From Balanoglossus misakiensis (Eukaryota > Animalia > Hemichordata): a stretch of DNA of 64,000 nt. The stretch spans positions 9,656,844 through 9,720,843 of the forward strand of contig CM082588.2 in assembly GCA_040954595.2 (NCBI GenBank), given 5' to 3'. Within the stretch, counting starts at the first letter, position 1, and the number at the start of each line of letters is the position of its first letter. The notes beneath the pieces are model-generated. The model was given only the letters and a program-made list of their open reading frames with translations. It did not search any database and was not told where the DNA came from. Both the position numbers and the translations under genes were made by a program. Of this stretch, positions 57,396-64,000 are shown piece after piece.

Positions 57396-60131
57396 AGAGC
57401 ATATCTTAGCTCGAAACACACTTTGAGGATAAATAATAATTGGGCTTGTGTGTTAAATGCTGGTGTCCTTTTACTTATTTCATATGGATAAATAAATGTT
57501 AAATTTAAAAATGTTCAGGGCCTGAGAAAAAACTTCTGTTTGGGCCACGCCCATTTCTGTGACGTCACAAGAGGAACCCATTTACGTTTGCAAGACTGTA
57601 CATTGCAGTGGTTGAATTGCAATCATACATGTCTGTGATCTAAACAGCTTTGCTGGGTCAGCCTCTGGATCCCCCGTTCCATTCAAAATAAATGTACATA
57701 TATACCTTTTTATCTAGGGGAGATGCGATTATGAAAAAAATAACACTACTCGGCCCGGTTAGGCTACGGCTACGCATTGCAAGCAGTACACAACATGCAA
57801 TGGCAGCGGATGTGTATAGGCACCTTACACATACAATGATTGCTGCCTCGATTAAGATGGGTCCCCCGTATCTTTTTGCTCGTTTCTATGGGCCTTTATA
57901 GGACACTACACTCAATTTTGATCGAAACCGTTATGAACGTCCGACAAGGGGCTTGTAACTAGTTAAAAATACACACGATTGTGTGCACACCCCCTGTCCG
58001 AGTATGTTTACGGCAGCTACCGCCCGGCCATAGGCCGCCACGCTAATACGGTAAAGCAGCGGTCAGCGATAGCGTGCGCGTCCTGTAACCACAGTAACTG
58101 GATCGAACGCTAAAAATCCAATGTTTTGTACACAGAGATTTTGTACCGTTCACGAAAATCCGTAAGGCTTTTTTCATAGGCCACGTACGCCAGTCAAATT
58201 TGACCTGCTTGTTGAGAACGCACTTCCACACAGTGTGACGGATCGTTTTTTCGGTTTTCGTCGTGCTAAGAAGCGATACCGGTGGAAGAGTGCGTCCGAA
58301 AACACCTAAAATCGATGACTTTTTCCGCTGTGGTACGGGTATGCTGAAATCGTAGGATACAACGATAATATTCGAAAACAAAATCCGTCACGATCTTCCC
58401 TGGTTCAAGCAACTAATGAATACATATCAAGTTCGTTTTTGAGGTCACGGAATAAAAAGCCTTAGGCTTTTGAAATTTGACCTAGCTAATTTGCATATCA
58501 ATGGCGTCAGGGGGCGCGCGCTCACAATCGTGCAGATTTTCAACTAGTTACCAGCCCCTTGTTAGACTCTGAAAACGGCTTAGTCCAAATCGGGGTGTAA
58601 TGTCCTGCAAAGGCCCATAGCAACGGGCAAAAAGATCCGGGAGACCCATCTTAAACCGTGGAATATTGCCCAGAGGTTTAGGACTAGAGTGTTGGGTCTC
58701 AATCTACTTATCTTGGACAATGTCAACTTATTGACAACTGATATATCGTGGTCTTTTGGCAATTTTCGATCACTGCCTCAACAGACAAAATACGCGCGTG
58801 TTATTACAAGGGAACTCCATCAGCGCCGATGCATGTACACGCAGTCAGCAGCGATGACACATATCGCGCCGCGATGTATATGTACCATGGCAGCACTAAA
58901 ATTCTGTCTTCTGAATTACATGTAAGCTATATGCCTTTTTGGTGATGACAAACAGAAACATGTATGACTTGTCGCTGTAATCATGAAATTTCCTTCACAT
59001 GCTTCATACTGCATTATAACAAAATGAAACCATACAACCAACAGCAACAGGCGATCATGCCGGGCCGACCCACTCACGCTCACAAAGCATGAAACATTTT
59101 CATTGATACACACGAATATCCAAGTTTGGAAACGGTTTTCACTCACACGTGGCAAAATTTATTCAACACATTTTGTTTCAAAATTTGTACAGTGTGTTTT
59201 GGAGCCGATGAGTCGGACATAGTGCGACGTAAAACTTGTAAATAAAGAAATTAGAAAAGAAAGATGGCGACCATTCAGCCGAAGCCATACAAAGGTATGA
59301 CTGAAAAAAATGTGAAATAGTAACAGTAATATTTTGAACGTTCAAGTTTTCACATTGATTGCTGTCAACCTTAATTATCGAAGTTTGAGGTCCCTGGGTA
59401 CCGGGTAGCCAGACGAAAGAGTGAATAATTATAAGCAATCTCGACATGATGTCGGCCAGCGCAAAATTGTGTTTACGCCTCCTGCCAGTTCACCTTCTAC
59501 TGTGTAATCGCGGCCGCTGGAACACTGAATGAACACCAACATTGGGTATAAACGATCAGTTGTGCTCTGAATTGAATATTGATCACTGGTCGACCTCTCC
59601 TACTGACAGGCTTCTATTTTCCTGTAAGGGTGTGGATTGTCTTCTCGTGATTCAAACCTGGCCGATTATCGTTCAACGGTCATGCATTGACAGTTACGGC
59701 CGCCGCCGCCGGATGGCTTCATATCCACCGTACAATATCGATGATTGTGGCATAGACTTTCATTGGTTTTCGGGGAATTCACACGGGTGACTTCCGTCTA
59801 GGTAATGTGTTGCTGCAACCACGGCAACCACCTCTTTTTCCCATTGTGGTATTACACAGAAAAGCACGAAAACACCGTATGACACCTGTGAGCATCGCTA
59901 AAGCTGGTCTACCTGAAGGGTTCCTCTTGTGACGTCACGTCACGTGACCAAAATGCAGCAAATCTGAACTCAGATTTTCAGGACAGGGTGGATTTTGAAG
60001 TATTTTATGAGAACAAAACAAATATTATAGAAATCGATACCCGAAAAATATTGTCACTTTTGGTAAATATTAGATTTCTTTCAATCATTTTTTAACCTTC
60101 TGATAAGATTTAAAAAGGCAAGATATGCTCT
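57396..60131 (-). mobile_element. Kolobok-like DNA transposon, degenerate and non-autonomous
   Basis: TIR AGAGCATATCTT...AAGATATGCTCT with TTAA TSD. Empty site CCTTTAAGCTT at about 43922 and 49093. Subterminal inverted repeat GTGACGTCACAAGAGGAACCC. Decayed THAP-like start on the minus strand near 59844. Confidence 0.82.
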
Positions 60132-60258
60132 TTAAGCTTTCACTTGTTTTCCAATTTTATTATTTTTAGTTGAAAATGCACTAAGATGTATGTGTATTAT
60201 GTTTGTCAGGAAATAAATAATAATAAAATTAAAAATAATAAACTATCTTTGATTTCAG

Positions 60259-60366
60259 ATGTCAATAAGAGAGCAGATCTTTGTGAACGCCAGTGTGTGA
60301 ATACAGCAGGCTCTTTTTATTGCACTTGTTCTGTGGGATATTGATTGGTCAATGGAGAGTGTACAG
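60259..60366 (+). pseudogene. cbEGF exon type E2 copy with 9-nt deletion and TGA
   Basis: Paralog of 44052-44168. Confidence 0.8.
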
Positions 60367-61419
60367 GTAAGACCAGCACAATATGTGGACAACGAAAGGT
60401 CCAGTATCTGTAACTTTTGAATTTTTATTCAGTATTTTTCTGGTTATCAACCATCATTTCTTGTTCAGCTCGATGAAGCAGGGTAAGCAATGTTGTTATG
60501 TGTAAACATTGTATTCAAGCCTGGGTCTGGACTTGGATGAAATTTGTCAATAATAACAGTGATTGGTAACTGCATGTTTACATAACTGGCTAACTGTTAA
60601 AGAGACCAGCTGTTCTATTTGGTGTGTGTACAGTACACATGCCATTGGCAGCTTATGGGTCAGCCAATGTTTGCCTGTTGATCTCTTGATGTGTGTGTGT
60701 GTGTGTGTGTCTGTCTGTATATGTACTCCGGTGTAGACTTTTTTCTTGTATTATCCGTGAATGGGACCACCGTGTACTTAACGCAATTTCTTACACTCAT
60801 CAGGGATATTTTGGCTTGTCTAACACGAGCTAAAAATATCCCCAACTCGTCTGAGAAATCTTTTACCAGGTCCTAAGGTTGTAAGACTAATAGAATCTCA
60901 CACTCCCAAGGACTTGGGATCATATTTCTCACATGTGTTGAGGATTTTCTGTCCCAAACAAGCTGCAGGCGAGTGTGGGACAAAATATCCCTGACGAGTG
61001 TGAGAAATATGATCCCAGGTCCTTGGTGTGTGAGATTATATTTCTCACACGGCCACAAATTAGCCAAATTCGTTTTAAAACATTAAATAAATGACTCTTG
61101 AACTGTCATCTGGCACGTTGTAGTTTCTGTATCATAGGATAACATTTAGCTTTGTCATCCAATCTGAATCAGCGCTCATGTCATATACAGCTTTCGATTC
61201 AGTGAGAATGTGTGATTGATTTGTTGTTCATTGTTCAGGTGCACAACAGTGCACGTTAATTGATTGTCAAGGCCTCCAGCCCATAGGTAAGAGGGCATAA
61301 AGGTAATCAGAAAATTGTACGAAAATGAAATAAATAATACATGTACTCAAATAATATAAATGACAACATCAAGCAGCACTTGTGTGGAAGTACGTACTCG
61401 GGATACAAAGTGAGGAACT

Positions 61420-62375
61420 TAGCAGATTAAGTTTTTTAACACATTTTCTCTAAGTTTAAAGGCATTGTAAACATAAATACTTGAGGATTCTGATGCGCTC
61501 ATGATATTAACAAACATTTGAATGTGGGGAATTTTAGTGTAACCAATATATTGTTTTCTAAGACTGTCATATAAGGTGCAAACAAGTAAAAAGTGATACT
61601 TCTATTTGTGCACCAGAGCATAGCCTACAGTGTCTCTCTGAAACGTCCACGTTCTGATCTCTTCCCTCCTCTATTGCAAGAGGAAGGGCAGAACAGCGAA
61701 AACATGCAAAAATGTCTTTGACATTACGTGTACAGTTGACATTAACTACTTTTCAGGCTGTAACAATTATTTAAAATGTGTGTATGTACGGAGTTTGGTT
61801 TTGGACGGACAGTGTGATTTCCATTGTTGCTTCAAAATATCTGAAATTCTTGTCTCAAATGCTGAAAGGAACAAACGCTTATCGCCTCTTTCCTGAGAAA
61901 TCCAGGCGAAAATAAAATGTGTTTCACCAATGTTGCCCAAGTGTGACGGCCTAAACAGTCAAGATTACGTATGTAGCATTAAATATGCTTGCCTAGGGAG
62001 TCTTTCCTGTGGCATCTCTATAAGTTTCACCCAGTAACGAATACAACATTGTGTGAACATACACTGGCAACCGCCCACATTCTCCAATTACAGCTTCATT
62101 GGTAGTGCTCCTTGGCACACCTAGAAAAATTCTGCACCATGTTCTTTGCACTTTTTCTATGATGTCATAAAACTCAAGTCTCCGATCCATAACAAAGAAT
62201 GAGTAAGATCATGGCATCAAACACCTTGAAGTGACATTCAAATGGCATATACCCTAGTTTCCACCTGGCAACTGAGAGTAGAGACAACACCTTGCTGGCT
62301 TGATTAGCCAATGTTTGCACTGCTCTGGACCAGGTGTTGCGATTAAACAAAAGTGAACCTAGGAGTTTGAACAAT
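61420..62375 (-). mobile_element. 5'-truncated, decayed non-LTR retrotransposon (RTEX-like ORF2 3' end)
   Basis: Minus-strand fragments FKVFDAMILLILCYGSET, IEKVQRTWCRIFLGVPRSTTNEAVIGECGRLP and YHFLLVCTLYDSLRKQY, with frameshifts. Confidence 0.8.
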
Positions 62376-64000
62376 GTCCTTGTAATAGACAGGTTTTGGT
62401 TGAGACAGGTTTTACTGTATTTTGATACATGCTCTGGCTTAACCATTTCACCACCATGGTACAGTCCAAACCCGTTGTCTTCTATGGTAAGGTTGGACCT
62501 CTAAAAAGGGAACTGGGAGGTTCTTTCTGGGAATCTCTTTATTTCTTCTGTCACAAAAATTGCATGGGAGTTCTAATTCTAAAAGGAGCACTGATTTGAT
62601 AAAATATCTCAAAGTCAAGTTTTGGATGTGGCTCCAGTTCAAGTATTGTAGGTGACTAGTTTTCCGGAGTTCAAGTCTGTATACTTGCAGTAGAGTTGGT
62701 CACATGGACTTGGGTAATCTGAGTGTGGTCAGAAATTGAACTTACACACACACATTGATTGAGTTAAGAACATGTCTGGTGTATTACTGTAATATGACTA
62801 GATACTGCAAATGCATAAACAATAAGCGTATGTTAAAATACACAGTTTTCATTGATATATCTGATTCATGAAATTAAATACACATGTTCATTAAAACCCA
62901 CTATGATAGAGCGCCCCCACTGTTCAGAATGTCAGTTTTGAAGTCCTACATCTATGACGTCATGCCTAGCTGTCAATGTTAACTGATGTGTACTTGTACT
63001 ACTTGTAAATGGAAGTACTTTAAAGTAAAGCTCAGATGTAAGGGTTTTGTAAAATAAATATAATATTAAAACATTGCAATCATTTTAGTCCTTCGGAACA
63101 GCGGTCCAATTGACTAATGTGATCACTCTGTGTGCGGCATATGGCATATTAAGCATTTAGTATTTTTCAATCAGAAGCCATTAATCCTGTGATTAATTCT
63201 GTTTCTTGCAACACTGATTTTAAATCACCACACATGAATATTTTTATCCAAAGGACTGTGGTGCCCAAGTTTTTATAAGATAAACAAACAGTGAAATTCA
63301 CTGAAGAAGTGAGTGAGCACTTGCCCATTCATTGTTCAATGAAAGGTGACCACCAATTCATTGACGCCTTGAGCATAGCAACAACAACCTGTGTATTGAC
63401 GATACTGCCTGTAGCCTTTCAGTTGATGTTGCTTGATGTACATATATGACTGGAGTTGATCATTTGTGTTTTTTGTTGCATTGTTATTTTTAACAGCGTA
63501 TTAAGCAATTTTTTGTTTGAGTTCTTCATTCAGTGATGGTAGCTGACTAAAATCAGTGATGGTCGTCAGGTTGTGTATTTCAATTTTCAGGATGACTGCT
63601 TTTGTAATAAATTCACAAGTTCTGTGACCGTCACAATAGTGTTCTGAATTATTGGTTTGTTTTCCTGTAGTGTGCATTTACATGTTCCCAGATAGGAAGT
63701 TTTAATGGGTATTAGTGTCAACATCCACAAGTGACTTGAGGCCAGTGAACTTGCAGTTGTGTGTAGTTTGGATATTAGCTTGTGGTGATATTAACATGGC
63801 GAATATCAAAATAGTACAAACAAATGTTTAAAACAGGACATATCCATAGCTTTCCCTTTCATAATTGGACTGTATTGTTATTGAAGTACAAAGACTTTCC
63901 AGCAACATGACATGGCTGGATTTTTTTGTAGGAAACAAGTCCGGCTGCTATTTGCTGTCTTTGTATTACACTACTAGTAACATCTCCATTTCTAGCTTTG

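Overview
AT-rich eukaryotic DNA from an invertebrate animal, plausibly a marine deuterostome (inference). The bacterial-style ORF track is mostly noise outside the retroelements. The left half (about 5.7-33.8 kb) is a disabled MED25-like gene fragment duplicated twice: an older ~5.8-kb tandem duplication, then a very recent, almost exact 10,080-bp one. Each 10,080-bp unit carries a full-length Ngaro-type tyrosine-recombinase retrotransposon with split direct repeats (A1-ORFs-B1-A2-B2). The right half (about 35-64 kb) is a repeated, partly pseudogenised array of calcium-binding EGF exons with many transposons, including a three-level nest: Mutator MITE > CMC/EnSpm-like element > near-intact Gypsy element with identical LTRs. 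Paralogous empty sites inside the window let many insertions be mapped to the base. The most unusual signal is in the Ngaro element: the three coding modules (gag N-terminus, RT/RNase H, recombinase) lack an upstream ATG, and each is preceded by a canonical 3' splice acceptor in the same phase. This suggests one leader exon alternatively spliced onto all three ORFs. All calls were made by eye; no searches were run.
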